A DNA stretch of 32,000 bases, taken from the sequence record SDGD01000096.1; one strand, 5' to 3'. How positions within the stretch are numbered: position 1 is the first letter of the stretch; each line of letters begins with the position of its first letter. The notes beneath the pieces are model-generated. The model was not told the DNA's origin. It searched no databases and saw only the letters and a program-made list of their open reading frames with translations. Both the position numbers and the translations under genes were made by a program. Of the stretch, positions 1-12,913 are shown in pieces.

Positions 1-389
1 TCTAAATCATTAATTTCAGAAGCTTTAACTGCTTGATAATGATATATGACAGCAATGTTATTTAAGGCTTGTGGAAGCTTGTTGTTAGCTTCAAGAGCTT
101 TATGATAATAGTCAAGTGCTTTTACGTATTCTCCATTACTTGCGTGAATTAATCCAATATTATATAATATAAAACTTTTATCATATGGATCCTCTTCTAA
201 ATTTAAAGCTTCATAATAATTAGCTAAGGCTTCTGCATATTCTCCTTCAGACTGTGCAGACATGCCGTCTCTATAGTATGAGAAAGCCTTTTTAGCATTT
301 ATATTAGTGGGTAGAAATTTGAGAATAAGGTCTGCTAATATAGTAAAAGTTTTATCAATAAAGTTGTCGTTTTTTTGAGATCTTGACAT
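1..389 (-). CDS. ycf3: Photosystem I assembly TPR protein Ycf3 (N-terminal part; 3' end runs off the window start)
   Basis: Minus-strand ATG at 389-387. Translation [62 protein letters not shown]... matches the conserved Ycf3 N-terminus and TPR repeats. The frame stays open to position 1. Confidence 0.85.
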   Translation of the reverse strand, partial: MSRSQKNDNFIDKTFTILADLILKFLPTNINAKKAFSYYRDGMSAQSEGEYAEALANYYEALNLEEDPYDKSFILYNIGLIHASNGEYVKALDYYHKALEANNKLPQALNNIAVIYHYQAVKASEINDL

Positions 390-551
390 ATTTAAGATCC
401 TTTTTTATTATTGTATATTATATAATAAAATGATTATTAAAATTGATCTGCTTTAATTAAAAATAGATCTAATTTAAGTTTAAATTATAAAACATAACAT
501 ATGTTATATCCATATTATAAATTAAGTATATAAAAATGTATATTATAAATT

Positions 552-2557
552 ATGAATAAAATTAATAATAATCTTGAATTTAATGGTAATGAAGATGAAC
601 ATTTTATAGAATATTATAATAATAAAAATTATAAGTCTGATTTATTAAAAGCCAATAAAAATAACAAGACTAAAAACAAAAAAAATTCTAATTTCAATTT
701 TAAGTCTATAGAAAAAAATCGTTTAAATTACAATAACAAAAAAAATAAATTCATATTAAATCGAAAAGCTTATTATAATTCAAATGAAAATATAAATTGT
801 CAATCAGATATTATATATGTAGAGGAAAATATTACAGTTAATGAATTAGCCTCTAAAATAGGTGTAGAAGCAACTGAAATTTTAAAGGTACTATTCAAAA
901 AAGGTAAATTATTAAACATTAATCAAATTTTAGATTTATCCCTATTGAATTTAATTAGTCAAGAATTAAAAATCAATATAACCACTATTGATAAAAAAAA
1001 CAATATTTATATAAACACTGAAAGTAACAATGACCAAAATATTAATGATAAGCACGTTAAATTACGTGCCCCTATTGTAGGTGTTTTAGGACATGTAAAC
1101 CATGGAAAAACTAGTTTAATAGAAAAATTAATAAAAAATGACCTTACCAAAGCTGAAACTGGTCATATTACTCAACACATAGGAGCATACGAATTTATAA
1201 TAGGACCAAAAGATAAAAAAATTATTCTGTTAGACACACCTGGTCATGAAGCCTTTGAATCTATAAGACAAAGAGTTTTAAAAATAAGTGATATTATATT
1301 ACTTATAATAGCTGCAGATGAAGGAATTCAACAGGAAACATCTCGCATTATACAATCATTAAAAATAGTAAAAGTTCCATTGTAATAGTACTTACAAAAG
1401 TAGATAATATAGATGATAAAAGCAATCTTACTAAGATTTTACAACATTTAACAGAATATGGATTAATTACAGAAGAATTAGGGGGTGATATACCTAAAGT
1501 AGATGTAAGTATATTTAATGAAAAAAGTTTAGAATTATTGCTAGATATAATTTTATTAATTAGTGAAATCAAAAATTTAAAAACTGATCCTGGAGCTAAA
1601 GCAGAAGGAATAGTATTAGAAACCTACTTGGATAAAAATAAAGTACCTAGGGCTAATTTAATATTACAAAGAGGTAGACTAAGAGTTGGTGATCTAATTG
1701 TAGCTGGACAAGGTTTTGGTAAAATTAGATCTTTACTCAATTACAAAGGGGAAAAAATATCTGAATCCGAGGCTGTTTCTCTTATAAATATTTTAGGAAT
1801 ACCAGAATTAGTAAAAACTGGCGAATTCTTTGAAAGCGTTAAAACAGAAAAAGAAGCCAAATCTAAAATTGAAGAATTCAAAAATAAAAAAGGTAATGCA
1901 GATTTTAAACAAATTGTAATAAAAAGCGATAAGATTTTAAATATAGATGAAAAAACTACTAACCTAAAGCTGATTATTAAAGCCGATGTTCAAGATTCTG
2001 TAGAAGCAGTTATTGGAGTTATTAGAAAAAATGTTAATAATGTAGGGGAAAATATAACAATTACTATTATTAGAGCCGAAATTGGAGAGGTAAGTCTAAA
2101 TGATATTAACTTAGCTGCTATTACTAAGGCTTATATAATAGGTTTTAATATTAAAATATCAAAACCTATACAGAAAATTGCACAAATGAAACAAATTATA
2201 ATAAAAAATTATAATCTAATCTATGATCTATTTGAGGACTTGAATAAGTTAATACAAGGTTCACTCAAAGGAAGAATAGCTGAAATAGAAGTTATTGGCA
2301 AAGCTATTGTTAAGAATATATTTAATTTAGCAAAAGGTAAAGTTGCAGGTTGCCTTGTTTTAGAGGGTAAATTAGTAAATAATTTTCAGATACAAGTTAT
2401 TCGTAATAATCTTATTATACATAAAGGTAAGTTAGATTCATTAAAATTTGAAAAGAATGATATAGAGGAAATTTATGAAGGCCGAGAATGTGGTGTTTTA
2501 TGTAAAGACTTTCAATCATGGAAAGAAAATGATATTATAGAATGTATCTCAAGTTAG
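552..2557 (+). CDS. infB: Translation initiation factor IF-2, reading frame broken once near 1378-1384
   Basis: ORF 552-1385 has the GTPase motifs GHVNHGKTS and DTPGHEAF. The next G-domain motif (IVIVLTKVD) continues in the -1 phase from 1376, the same frame as ORF 1538-2557, which holds the IF-2 C-terminal domains. The N-terminal 90 aa are N/K-rich low complexity. Confidence 0.85.
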
Positions 2558-2579
2558 AATGTATTACTTCTAACTTGAG
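2548..2579. terminator. 12-bp stem / 8-nt loop hairpin containing the infB stop codon, between convergent infB and rps18
   Basis: ctcaagttagaa (2548-2559) pairs perfectly with ttctaacttgag (2568-2579). The infB TAG at 2555-2557 lies in the left arm. Confidence 0.4.
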
Positions 2580-2588
2580 TATTATTTT

Positions 2589-2789
2589 TTATACGTTGAA
2601 GGGTAATAACGACAAGATTCGTGCTTGTTTAATAGCTTTTTTTAATTGTCTTTGTTGTCTAGCAGTCAAACCAGTAAAACGCCTTGGCAATATTCTACCA
2701 TGTCTTGACATAAAATTTATTAAAACATCGAGATCTTTATAAATGATTTTATCATTAGGAGAAAGTTTATTATCATTATATCTAATCAT
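2589..2789 (-). CDS. rps18: Ribosomal protein S18
   Basis: 66-aa ORF. The stretch ...[46 protein letters not shown] is the conserved S18 core. Confidence 0.9.
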   Translation of the reverse strand: MIRYNDNKLSPNDKIIYKDLDVLINFMSRHGRILPRRFTGLTARQQRQLKKAIKQARILSLLPFNV

Positions 2790-2835
2790 GTTTATTTAGT
2801 TAGATTTTTAAAATAAATATAAATTAATTAATCTC

Positions 2836-3030
2836 TTACTTGATTTCTTTAAAGAGAGTATGTAAGTTACAGTTAGGGCAAAATTTATTTATTTCTAGTC
2901 TATTAGGTGTATTACGTCTATTTTTAGAAGTCGTATATCTCATTATTCCAGGTTTTATTTTATTATTATTTAATTTACATTTGGTACACTCTAGAGTAAT
3001 ATTAATACGAATATCTTTACGTTTAGCCAT
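2836..3030 (-). CDS. rpl33: Ribosomal protein L33
   Basis: 64-aa [22 protein letters not shown]...[34 protein letters not shown], with the typical L33 zinc-ribbon pattern CxxC...CxxC. Confidence 0.9.
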   Translation of the reverse strand: MAKRKDIRINITLECTKCKLNNNKIKPGIMRYTTSKNRRNTPNRLEINKFCPNCNLHTLFKEIK

Positions 3031-3128
3031 AAATTTATCAAATTTAAATCATTTTATTATTGTATTACTATTGCTAATATATACATTATATTATATTATT
3101 TATATAAAATTTATAAAAAAATCCTGCT

Positions 3129-3431
3129 ATGACTAAGATTAAATCATCATTAAAACGTATAAAAATTACACAAAGAAACAAAGTAGCAAACCGTTTATAT
3201 CTGTCAACACTAAAAACTGCAATAAAAAAATGTTTATTAATTATTAACAAATTTGATATTAAAAATCTATCAAAGATAGAGTCTCTAATTAATATAGCTT
3301 ATAGTAAAATTGACAAGGCTGTTAAAAAAAAAGTAATCCATAAAAACAATGGTGCAAGAAAAAAACAAAGAATTATAAGAATATTTAATAAGAGAAAACA
3401 AGATTTATTATCATCTAATTACTACAATTAG
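3129..3431 (+). CDS. rps20: Ribosomal protein S20
   Basis: 100-aa basic ORF MTKIKSSLKRIKITQRNKVANRLYLSTLKTAIKK..., an S20-like N-terminus. It lies immediately upstream of rpoB, as in red-type plastids. Confidence 0.8.
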   Translation: MTKIKSSLKRIKITQRNKVANRLYLSTLKTAIKKCLLIINKFDIKNLSKIESLINIAYSKIDKAVKKKVIHKNNGARKKQRIIRIFNKRKQDLLSSNYYN

Positions 3432-3470
3432 TATTATTAATTTTATTTTTAACTAAGCAAAATAAAATTC

Positions 3471-6400
3471 ATGAGTAAAGATATAACAAGCCAAAATAAT
3501 AATCAATATCGTCATCAATACGCTTTAACTGATCTAATAGAAATTCAAAAAACAAGTTTTTACTGGTTTTTAAAAGAAGGTTTAATTGAAGAAATAGAAA
3601 ATTTTTCCCCTATCATTGATTTCGATAAAAAATTCATAATATATTTCTCAGCAAAAAATTTTAAATTAAAATATCCAAAATACAAGCCAGAAGAGGCTAA
3701 AAACAAAGAAATAACTTATGGAGCTAAACTTTATATTCCTTTTACTTTAATTAATAATCTAACAGGAGAGAATATTGATTCTCGTTTAGATGCAGGAGAA
3801 ATGCCTATCATGACTGATAGAGGAACCTTCATTATAAATGGTTCCGAAAGAGTTGTAGTCAACCAAATAGTACGTAGCCCTGGCATTTATTATAAACTAG
3901 AATATGATAAGTATAATAACTCTATATACAGTGCAACTCTAATCCCACACAGAGGCTCTTGGCTCAAATTTGAATTAGACAAAAATAATCTATTATGGGT
4001 TAAATTCGATCAAATAAATAAAGTCTTTCTCGCATCTTTTTTAAAAGCATTAGGTTTCAAAAAAAAAGAAATTTTAGAAAACGTAAAACATATTAAATAC
4101 TTTGAGGAAAAAGTTTTAAAGTTCTATGACAAGCCTAAAGAAAGAGAAATAATTGAAATATATCAATCTATGCAGATATTTGAAGATGAAAAAGGAAATT
4201 TGATTAATAAATTTGCTGATAGAAAAAAATATGATTTAGGTAAAATTGGAAGGATAAAATTAAATAAAAGATTAAATTTAGATATCTTAGATACTGTAAG
4301 AACAATAACAAATAAAGATATATTAGCAATTGTCGATTATTTAATTGGTCTCTCTTTTGGTATTGGTAATATAGATGATATAGATCATCTTGCCAACAGA
4401 CGTATTAGATCTGTAGGTGAATTGTTACAACATCAATTTAGAATTGGCCTAAGCAGAATTGAACGCAATATTAAAGATAAAATTACCACTTCTAATGATG
4501 AAGATATTGCTCTAAAAACTATGGTTAATGGTAAGCCGTTATTGATGGCTATAAAAGAATTTTTCAACTCTAGCCAGCTTTCTCAATTTATGGATCAAGT
4601 AAATCCTCTAGCAGAATTAACACATAAACGTAGAATTAGTGCATTAGGGCCTGGTGGCTTAAATCGTGACCATACTGGATTTGTTGTTAGAGATATACAT
4701 CCCAGCCATTATGGTCGCATTTGTCCAATTGAAACACCTGAAGGAACTAATGCAGGTTTAATTGGTTCTTTAGCACTTAATGCTAGAGTTAACAAATATG
4801 GATTTATAGAAGCTCCTTTTTATAAAGTAGAACAAGGAAGAGTCTGCTATGAAAAAGCTATTTCGTATTTAAATGCTGAAGAAGAAGATGAATTCAAAAT
4901 TGCACCAGCAGATATTTTAGTTGATGATAATGGACAGATTAAAGGGGATATTATACCGGTTCGCTATTATCAAGAATTCATTACCGCTTCTCCTGAAGAA
5001 GTAGATTATATAGCTATTTCTCCTGTACAAATTCTTTCAGCAGCAACTTCATTAATCCCATTCGTTGAACATGATGACGCGAACAGAGCCTTAATGGGAT
5101 CTAATATGCAACGACAAGCTGTACCACTATTATATCCTGAAAGGCCTATAGTAGGTACAGGACTAGAGACACAAATTGCCAGAGACTCTGGAATGGTGAT
5201 TGTAAGTGAAGATGATGGTGAAGTTACTGAAGTAACAGCCAAGACAATTATAATAAAAACTTCTAACAATGAGTATAAAAAATATATATTACAAAAATAT
5301 CAGAGATCAAATCAAGATACTTGTATTAACCAAAAACCTATAGTTTGGCCAGGTGAAAGAGTAAAACGAGGTCAAGTAATTGCAGATGGTTCAGCAACTG
5401 AAAAAGGTTCACTAGCATTAGGTAAAAATATATTAGTAGCTTATATGCCTTGGGAAGGATATAATTATGAAGATGCTTTTATAATAAGTGAAAGACTAGT
5501 ATATGATGATATTTATACGTCTATTCATATTGAACGGTATGAAATAGAAGCTAGAATCACAAAATTAGGAGCAGAAAAAATTACACGTGATATTCCAAAC
5601 GTGGGAGAAAATAATTTAAAACATTTAGATGAAAGAGGTATTGTTAAAATAGGCACATGGGTTGAATCAGGTGATATACTAGTAGGTAAAGTTACACCTA
5701 AAGGTGATTCAGATAATTTACCAGAAACTAGGTTATTAAAGGCTATTTTTGGAACAAAAAACAGAGAAAATAATGTGAGAGATTCTTCGTTAAGAATGCC
5801 CAATGGCAGCAAAGGTAGGGTCGTTGATATCAAAATATTTGGTAAAATAAATGATATTACTGAAAGTACTAATATTATAGTTAAAGTATATATTGCTCAG
5901 AAAAGAAAAATTCAAGTGGGTGATAAAATGGCTGGGCGTCATGGGAACAAAGGGGTCATTTCGAGAATTTTACCACGAGAAGATATGCCCTATCTTCCTG
6001 ATGGAACTCCTATTGATATTATTTTAAATCCATTAGGGGTGCCGTCAAGAATGAATGTAGGTCAGTTATTCGAATGTCTTTTGGCTCTAGCAGGTCATTT
6101 CTTAAACAAACGATTTACAGTTATGCCTTTTGATGAAATGTATGGTGTGGACTCATCAAGAAAAATAGTTAATAAAAAATTAAAACAAGCTATGGAATTT
6201 TCTGGTTTAGAATGGTTATTTAATACAAATTCTGCAGGTAAAATTCTTCTATTTGACGGTAGAACAGGTGAACCTTTTGACAATCCAGTTACAGTTGGAA
6301 TTGCTTATATGTTAAAATTAATTCACTTAGTGGATGATAAAATGCATGCAAGGGCTACAGGGCCATATGCATTAATAACACAACAACCTTTGGGTGGTAG

Positions 6401-6827
6401 AGCTCAAAATGGCGGACAAAGACTAGGAGAAATGGAAGTTTGGGCTTTGGAGGCATACGGAGCAGCTTATACTTTACAAGAATTATTAACTATAAAATCT
6501 GATGATATGTATGGCAGAGTAGAAGCCCTCCATGCTATGATAAAGGGAAATCCTATACCACAAGCAGGAATACCAGAATCATTTAAAGTTTTAATAAGAG
6601 AACTGCAAGCTTTAGGATTAGATATAGCCACAAATAAAATTACTTCAGAATTGGAATCTGTATCTAATAAAAAAGAAATAGACATTTTATCTCATGAATC
6701 AACTGACAACAAAGTTAATAGTAATGATATTCTAAATAAAATGAAGCATAAATCAGAAATAAATAAGAACCAAAGCCAAAGTATAATACATAACCAAAAT
6801 TTCGAGATTAGAGAAAATTTTCAATAA
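3471..6827 (+). CDS. rpoB: RNA polymerase beta subunit
   Basis: 1118-aa ORF with hallmark beta motifs ([52 protein letters not shown]). It has a low-complexity C-terminal tail. Confidence 0.97.
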   Translation: MSKDITSQNNNQYRHQYALTDLIEIQKTSFYWFLKEGLIEEIENFSPIIDFDKKFIIYFSAKNFKLKYPKYKPEEAKNKEITYGAKLYIPFTLINNLTGENIDSRLDAGEMPIMTDRGTFIINGSERVVVNQIVRSPGIYYKLEYDKYNNSIYSATLIPHRGSWLKFELDKNNLLWVKFDQINKVFLASFLKALGFKKKEILENVKHIKYFEEKVLKFYDKPKEREIIEIYQSMQIFEDEKGNLINKFADRKKYDLGKIGRIKLNKRLNLDILDTVRTITNKDILAIVDYLIGLSFGIGNIDDIDHLANRRIRSVGELLQHQFRIGLSRIERNIKDKITTSNDEDIALKTMVNGKPLLMAIKEFFNSSQLSQFMDQVNPLAELTHKRRISALGPGGLNRDHTGFVVRDIHPSHYGRICPIETPEGTNAGLIGSLALNARVNKYGFIEAPFYKVEQGRVCYEKAISYLNAEEEDEFKIAPADILVDDNGQIKGDIIPVRYYQEFITASPEEVDYIAISPVQILSAATSLIPFVEHDDANRALMGSNMQRQAVPLLYPERPIVGTGLETQIARDSGMVIVSEDDGEVTEVTAKTIIIKTSNNEYKKYILQKYQRSNQDTCINQKPIVWPGERVKRGQVIADGSATEKGSLALGKNILVAYMPWEGYNYEDAFIISERLVYDDIYTSIHIERYEIEARITKLGAEKITRDIPNVGENNLKHLDERGIVKIGTWVESGDILVGKVTPKGDSDNLPETRLLKAIFGTKNRENNVRDSSLRMPNGSKGRVVDIKIFGKINDITESTNIIVKVYIAQKRKIQVGDKMAGRHGNKGVISRILPREDMPYLPDGTPIDIILNPLGVPSRMNVGQLFECLLALAGHFLNKRFTVMPFDEMYGVDSSRKIVNKKLKQAMEFSGLEWLFNTNSAGKILLFDGRTGEPFDNPVTVGIAYMLKLIHLVDDKMHARATGPYALITQQPLGGRAQNGGQRLGEMEVWALEAYGAAYTLQELLTIKSDDMYGRVEALHAMIKGNPIPQAGIPESFKVLIRELQALGLDIATNKITSELESVSNKKEIDILSHESTDNKVNSNDILNKMKHKSEINKNQSQSIIHNQNFEIRENFQ

Positions 6828-6859
6828 GTTTTAGTAACTTTATGTAAGTTAACAATTTT

Positions 6860-8845
6860 ATGAATAAAATAGAACAATTATTTGATTATATAAGTATAAG
6901 TCTAGCTCCGCCAGAAAAACTCCTAAAATTAGGAGAACATGCATTACCTAATGGCCAAGTAGTAGGTGAAGTTAATAGCACAGAAACAATTAATTATAAA
7001 ACTTTAAAGCCAGAGATGGGGGGATTATTTTGTGAAAGAATTTTTGGTCCTGTTAAGAATTGGGAATGTCATTGTGGAAAATATAAAAGATTTAGGGCTA
7101 AAAATTTAGTTTGTGAAAGATGTGGAGTAGAAGTGACGGAATCTAAAGTGAGAAGATATAGAATGGGTTATATTAATTTATCTACTCCTGTAACTCATAT
7201 TTGGTATATAAAAGGCTTACCTAGCTATCTAGCTATAATTTTAGATATGAGACCAAAAGATATTGAGCAAGTTGTATATTACAATTCATATATTGTAATA
7301 AATATAAAAAATAAAAAATTAAAACTAAGTAATGGCAGATTAATTAAGGAGCGCTCTTTATTAAATGAAAAGGAATGGGAAGAATTAGAAGATAAAATTT
7401 ATCTAAAGGATTCAGAATTAGAATATAATGAAAATTATGATGAAATTTTAGATTCAGAAAATGATACAGAAAAAGCTATCGAAATAGAGATAGGAATCGG
7501 AGCTGAAGCAATAAAAAAATTATTAACTAATTTAAATTTAGATATAGAAGAGGAAAATTTAAGAAAATCTATTAGCTATATTGATGACCAGCTTGAACTT
7601 GCTAAAGCTATAAGACGTCTAAGGCTTTTACAAAACCTTATAAGCTCTCAAACAAATCCTGCATGGACTGTACTAGAAATACTACCAGTATTACCACCTG
7701 ATTTAAGACCAATGATCCAATTAGATGGAGGACGTTTTGCTAGTTCAGATTTAAACGATCTTTACAGAAAAGTAATTCACCGTAATAATAGATTAGTGAA
7801 ATTACAAGAGATTCTAGCACCAGAAATAATAATTAGAAATGAAAAAAGAATGTTACAAGAATCAGTAGATGCCTTAATTGACAATGGACGTCGTGGAAAA
7901 ACTGTTGTGGGAGCAAATAATAGGCCTCTCAAATCTTTATCTGATATTTTAGAAGGCAAACAAGGTCGTTTTAGACAGAACTTATTAGGAAAACGAGTAG
8001 ACTATTCGGGAAGATCTGTCATTGTAGTAGATCCTACATTAAAACTTTATCAATGTGGATTACCAAAAGAAATGGCAATTATTCTTTTTGAGCCATTTAT
8101 AATTAACACTTTAATTCATCAAGGACTAGTGTATAATATAAAAGCTGCTAAAAAACTTATTCAACGTAACGAACAGGTAGTAATGGAAATTCTAGAAGAA
8201 GTAATACAAGGACATCCTATATTATTAAATAGAGCCCCAACACTCCACCGTTTAGGGATACAAGCCTTTGAACCTGTAATAGTTGAAGGGAGAGCAATTA
8301 AATTACATCCATTGGTATGTCCTGCATTTAATGCAGATTTTGATGGCGATCAAATGGCTGTTCATATACCTTTATCAACTGAAGCCCAAACTGAAGCAAG
8401 AATACTTATGTTTGCACCACATAATTTTTTATCACCTGCCACAGGTGATCCTATAATTACACCAAGCCAAGACATGGTTTTAGGCTGCTATTATCTGACA
8501 GCTGATAATCCTTACTCACAAAATATCAATGAAAATTATTTTTCTAGTTTTGATGATGCGTTAATAGCATATGAAAACAACTTAATCACTTTACATAGCT
8601 ATATTTGGGTACGGTTCGATGGTATAATAGATGATGAATTTAAGGATAATTTAATATTAGCGAAGAAAATTACGGCTAATTGCAATTTATATATTTATCC
8701 AAATCGTCAAATAAAAGAATATTTAGACACTAAAACTAAAATACAATATATCCGTACTACTGTAGGTAGAATTCTATTTAATACAACTATTCATAATAGT
8801 GTATCCGAAATAATTCTTAAAGATGATAAATTTAATAGAGGATAA
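6860..8845 (+). CDS. rpoC1: RNA polymerase beta' subunit (N-terminal half, plastid/cyanobacterial split)
   Basis: 661-aa ORF with the zinc-binding CHCGKY...CERCGVEV, the catalytic [12 protein letters not shown] motif and [15 protein letters not shown]. Confidence 0.97.
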   Translation: MNKIEQLFDYISISLAPPEKLLKLGEHALPNGQVVGEVNSTETINYKTLKPEMGGLFCERIFGPVKNWECHCGKYKRFRAKNLVCERCGVEVTESKVRRYRMGYINLSTPVTHIWYIKGLPSYLAIILDMRPKDIEQVVYYNSYIVINIKNKKLKLSNGRLIKERSLLNEKEWEELEDKIYLKDSELEYNENYDEILDSENDTEKAIEIEIGIGAEAIKKLLTNLNLDIEEENLRKSISYIDDQLELAKAIRRLRLLQNLISSQTNPAWTVLEILPVLPPDLRPMIQLDGGRFASSDLNDLYRKVIHRNNRLVKLQEILAPEIIIRNEKRMLQESVDALIDNGRRGKTVVGANNRPLKSLSDILEGKQGRFRQNLLGKRVDYSGRSVIVVDPTLKLYQCGLPKEMAIILFEPFIINTLIHQGLVYNIKAAKKLIQRNEQVVMEILEEVIQGHPILLNRAPTLHRLGIQAFEPVIVEGRAIKLHPLVCPAFNADFDGDQMAVHIPLSTEAQTEARILMFAPHNFLSPATGDPIITPSQDMVLGCYYLTADNPYSQNINENYFSSFDDALIAYENNLITLHSYIWVRFDGIIDDEFKDNLILAKKITANCNLYIYPNRQIKEYLDTKTKIQYIRTTVGRILFNTTIHNSVSEIILKDDKFNRG

Positions 8846-8852
8846 ATAAGCA

Positions 8853-11800
8853 ATGACAGATAATATAACTGCTTATCTGGAGAGCAACTTAATATTTTTA
8901 AATAGAGTAATAAATAAGAATGAACTGAAACAAATTATTGCATTTTTCTTTCAAAAATATGGTATAACAGTTGCTACTAAAGTTGCAGATGAATTAAAAA
9001 CATTAGGATTTAATTATGCGACTAAAGCGGGTTTGTCTTTAAGTTTAGAAGACCTAAAAGTTCCAGTCTTAAAAAAAGAATTAATTAACAATACAGATTC
9101 TCAAATTCAACAGACAGAAAATAAATATCTTAGAGGTGAAATTACTATTGTAGAAAGATTACAAAAAGTAGTTGATACATGGAATAACGCTAGTGAAGAC
9201 TTAAAAAATGAGTTAATTAATTATTTTATTCATAGGGACCCCTTAAATCCTATTTATATGATGGCTTTTTCTGGTGCTAGAGGTAATATTTCGCAAGTTA
9301 GACAATTAGTTGGTATGCGTGGTTTAATGGCAGATCCTCAAGGTCAAATTATTGATTTACCAATTAAAAGTAATTTTAGAGAAGGATTAAATTCGACAGA
9401 GTATATTATATCTTCATATGGAGCTCGCAAAGGTATAGTAGATATAGCACTCAGGACAGCTGATTCTGGTTATTTGACGAGAAGATTAGTTGATGTAGCT
9501 CAGGATTATATTATTAAGTCCAGGGATTGTGGTACAAAACAAGGCATATATTTAACAGATTTAAAAGATAATGATAAAATTATTATTCCTCTTGAAAAGA
9601 GATTAATAGGACGAGTTTTAGCAGAACAAATATATGATATTTATAATCAGAAAGTTATAGCAAATTATAACCAAGATATTTCCCCTAGTTTAGCTGAAAA
9701 AATCGTATCAATGGGAATTAAAGAAGTTCTTATTCGTTCTCCTCTCACTTGTGAATCAAAACAGGGTGTTTGTCAGCTTTGTTATGGATGGAATTTATCA
9801 TATAGTAAAATAGCTGACATGGGTGAGGCCGTAGGTATTATTGCAGCTCAATCTATTGGGGAGCCTGGAACGCAATTAACTATGCGTACATTTCATACAG
9901 GAGGAGTTTTCACTGGACAATTAGCCAAACAAATTAGAGCACCTTTTGAAGGTAAAATTTTACCATTCAACTTAAAGAAGACTTCATTAACTAGAACAAG
10001 ATATGGTGATAAGGCCTTATTAATTGAAGATAATTTAACTATAACCATTCAAAGTGATACCGAGATAAAAGAATCATTTGAATTAAAAGCAGGTGTTATA
10101 TTATTTGTAACTTCTAATCAACTAGTAAAAAAAAATGATTTGATTGCAGAGTTTCCATTAAGTAGCCGTCTTATTACAGAAAATGCTAATAAAAGGGTTA
10201 TTACTGATTTATCGGGGGAAGTCTATTTTAGTAATCTAATTGTTGAAGAAAAAATAGATTTGAATCAAGATAAGAATGAATATGTACAAAGAATAACTAG
10301 AAATGATGGAACAATTTGTATTTTGGCAGGTACAATATATAATTTGCCTTTAAATTCTAAAATTAAGGTACATAAAGACGAATATGTATATAAGGGACAA
10401 AGCTTAGCAAGTCTTGAATTAGTGAGTCAATTTGGAGGTAAACTTCATAAGTTATATAATAGCAAATTTGAAGAAGACCTAAATGCAGACTTAGCTCATG
10501 CTTCAATTTTTTATGATGGAGTTGAAACATTATATATTGATAAATCTAATATTAATGAACAGTATATTTTTCAAACAATAAATAAGAGGAAATTTATTCT
10601 TAAAGTTAATCCTGGTAATTATATTTCTAATAATAGATTGGAAATTTTTGGGGAAGAAATTCTTGATAAATATCGTACTGAAACTGGTGGAATTATAAAA
10701 TATGATACGATTAAAACTTCAAAACGTATAAAAGATAATGAGGGATATGAATTAATAGAAGAAGGAACCATATTTTGGATTCCTGAAATTACATATGAGC
10801 TAAATACAGATAATTCATTGCTAAAAGTAAAAAATGGAGAATTTGTTAAATCGTCTCGTTTAATAACTGATCAAATCTCTGCCCCTTCTGATGGAATTAT
10901 AGAGATTATAAAGAAGCACAATGTGGTTAAAGAAGTTATTCTTAAAATAGGCACTGTTTATCCAATTAAGGATGATAAATTAGTTAAACTAATAAAAAAG
11001 CAAAATAAACAAATTATATACAAGGATAATTTTTATTTAAAATTTTTAATATAAAAGATATTGAAATAGCTTTTATTGAAATTTACGAATACTCCTCAAA
11101 AAATTACTTATTTGTTAGATATGCTTATCCATATGAGATCAAAAAAAATACTGAAAATTTTTTTAGTATTCAACGATTTTCACAAGAAATTACTTCTTTA
11201 TCAATTTTTAACAAGGTTTACTTAAGGTATAAGGATGGACAAAGAATCAAATCATTTACTGGAATAAATTTAGTTAAAAATATATGGCTATGTCAATTTC
11301 AATCTCATCTCTCATCTTTTAAAATAGATTTTGAAATTATCAAAAGTCAGATGGGAAAGATTAATAAACTAGAAATAGTGTTATTAGAACATATTAGTCT
11401 GAAAAAACAAAATTATATCAAATATAATAAAAATTTAACTTCAACAAAAATTCTAGTAAATCTAAAACAAATATTAAATCCATCCGATATAATTTCTCAA
11501 ACAGATATCTTATGTGAAGAAGATGGTCAAATATTAAACATTAAAAGAGATAAAATGCAGAGAATATTAATGCTAACTGAAAAAGACAAAAAATGTTATA
11601 TTAATAATTCAACTAAATGGAATGTAACAAAAGGAGATTGGATTAAAGCTGGCGATTATATAAGTGATAATATTATAGCAAAAGAATCTGGGCAAGTTTG
11701 GGAATGTAATAGCAACTCTCTAATTGTGCGCAAGGGAAAAGTTTATTTAATATCTGTTGGCACAGTATTACTTATAAAAAACCAAGATCTTATTCAGAAA

Positions 11801-12798
11801 GGAGATACTATTGCAGTTCTATCGTATGAAAGATTTAAAACTGCTGACATAGTGCAAGGTTTACCTAAAGTAGAGGAAATTTTAGAAGCAAGAAGAGTAA
11901 AGGAACAAATTCTATTATCTAAAGATTGCGGTCATTTATATTTTGAGGAATTAAAAAATATACTATGGATTTTTGATTATAATAACTTAAAAGCTCTTAA
12001 TCGGCAAAACTTATTAGATTCAGAGATAAACAAGTTACAATTAGCGTACATGAATTATGTGAACTTAGCTGATCCCATAATAGATGGTTCTTATAATACT
12101 CATTTATTATTAGATTTGTATTTTGAGTTTTTATAAAACATGTCGTAGATTATTTGCCCCAAAAGAGAGATGTGTGTGTAGAATTAAGTTTTAGAAAAAT
12201 ACAAAATAGTTTAATTAATGAAATCCAATATGTTTATCAATCACAAGGTGCTGACATCTCGGATAAACATATTGAAGTGATTATTCGTAAAATGACTTCA
12301 AAAGTCGAAATGACAAGTTGCGAAATGGATGAAATATATACTGGAGAATTAATAAATTTAGCACAAATAAAATCTATGAATTTAGGTATTAATTTACTAC
12401 AAAAATTACAATTTAAAAAAGAAGCAAAAAGAAGAAGAGAAAAAAAGAAGAAAAAAGAAGAAGAAAAAATAGAATTTGATATAGAAGATAATGAAGATGA
12501 ACTATATGCAAGAGTAAAAGAAAGAAAAAATGAAGAAGTTTTATCTTTTGATTATAAACCAATTTTATTAGGCATAACTAAAGCTTCATTAACTACTAAA
12601 AGTTTTATTTCCGCGGCAAGCTTTCAAGAAACTAGACGTGTATTAACCAAAGCAGCTTTTGAAAATCATATAGATTGGCTAAAAGGATTAAAAGAAAACG
12701 TGATTATTGGTCGCTTAATTCCTGCAGGTACTGGGTTTAAACAATTTTATTTATATGAATATACAAAAAAAATTGTGAAGAAAATATTATTTCTCTAG
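8853..12798 (+). CDS. rpoC2: RNA polymerase beta'' subunit, reading frame broken twice (about 11030-11054 and 12127-12136)
   Basis: There are three consecutive open segments. Frame 0 runs 8853-11054 ([25 protein letters not shown]). Frame 2 is open from 11030 to 12136. Frame 1 is open from 12127 to 12798 ([39 protein letters not shown]). The open frames overlap by 25 nt or less at each junction, so there is no intervening sequence. Confidence 0.9.
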
Positions 12799-12913
12799 AT
12801 CCATATAATTTTGAAGATAATATCATATATAAAATATTAACTAATCAATTAGAACAGAATAAGAGATTGAATTAATTATAAATTAAAAATATAAAAAGGG
12901 ATTTAAAAACATT

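Noticed and set aside
1348-1572. 74-aa minus-strand ORF overlapping the infB frame-break region
   Set aside because: It is antisense to a conserved IF-2 G-domain. It has no recognisable motif, and its composition is simply the complement of the coding strand.
2542-3136. Plus-strand ORFs 2542-2742 and 2840-3136
   Set aside because: They are antisense shadows of rps18 and rpl33, whose translations are unmistakable. The plus-strand products are low-complexity.
3439-3469. Short A/T-only hairpins at 3439-3469, 14288-14308, 21080-21102, 26554-26574 and 27690-27714
   Set aside because: Stems of 8-11 bp made almost entirely of A-T pairs are expected by chance at this base composition. They may be weak terminators, but the sequence alone does not support that.
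5006-7959. Minus-strand ORFs inside rpoB and rpoC1 (5006-5269, 5525-5833, 6095-6283, 6467-6685, 7777-7959)
   Set aside because: They are antisense to strongly conserved polymerase sequence and have no start context or motifs. They are typical shadow ORFs.
8853-12798. The rpoC2 breaks as introns, or as a genuinely split gene in three pieces
   Set aside because: The successive open frames overlap within 25 nt or less, with no intervening sequence. There are no start codons or ribosome-binding sites at the junctions, and conserved sequence continues immediately in the shifted frame.
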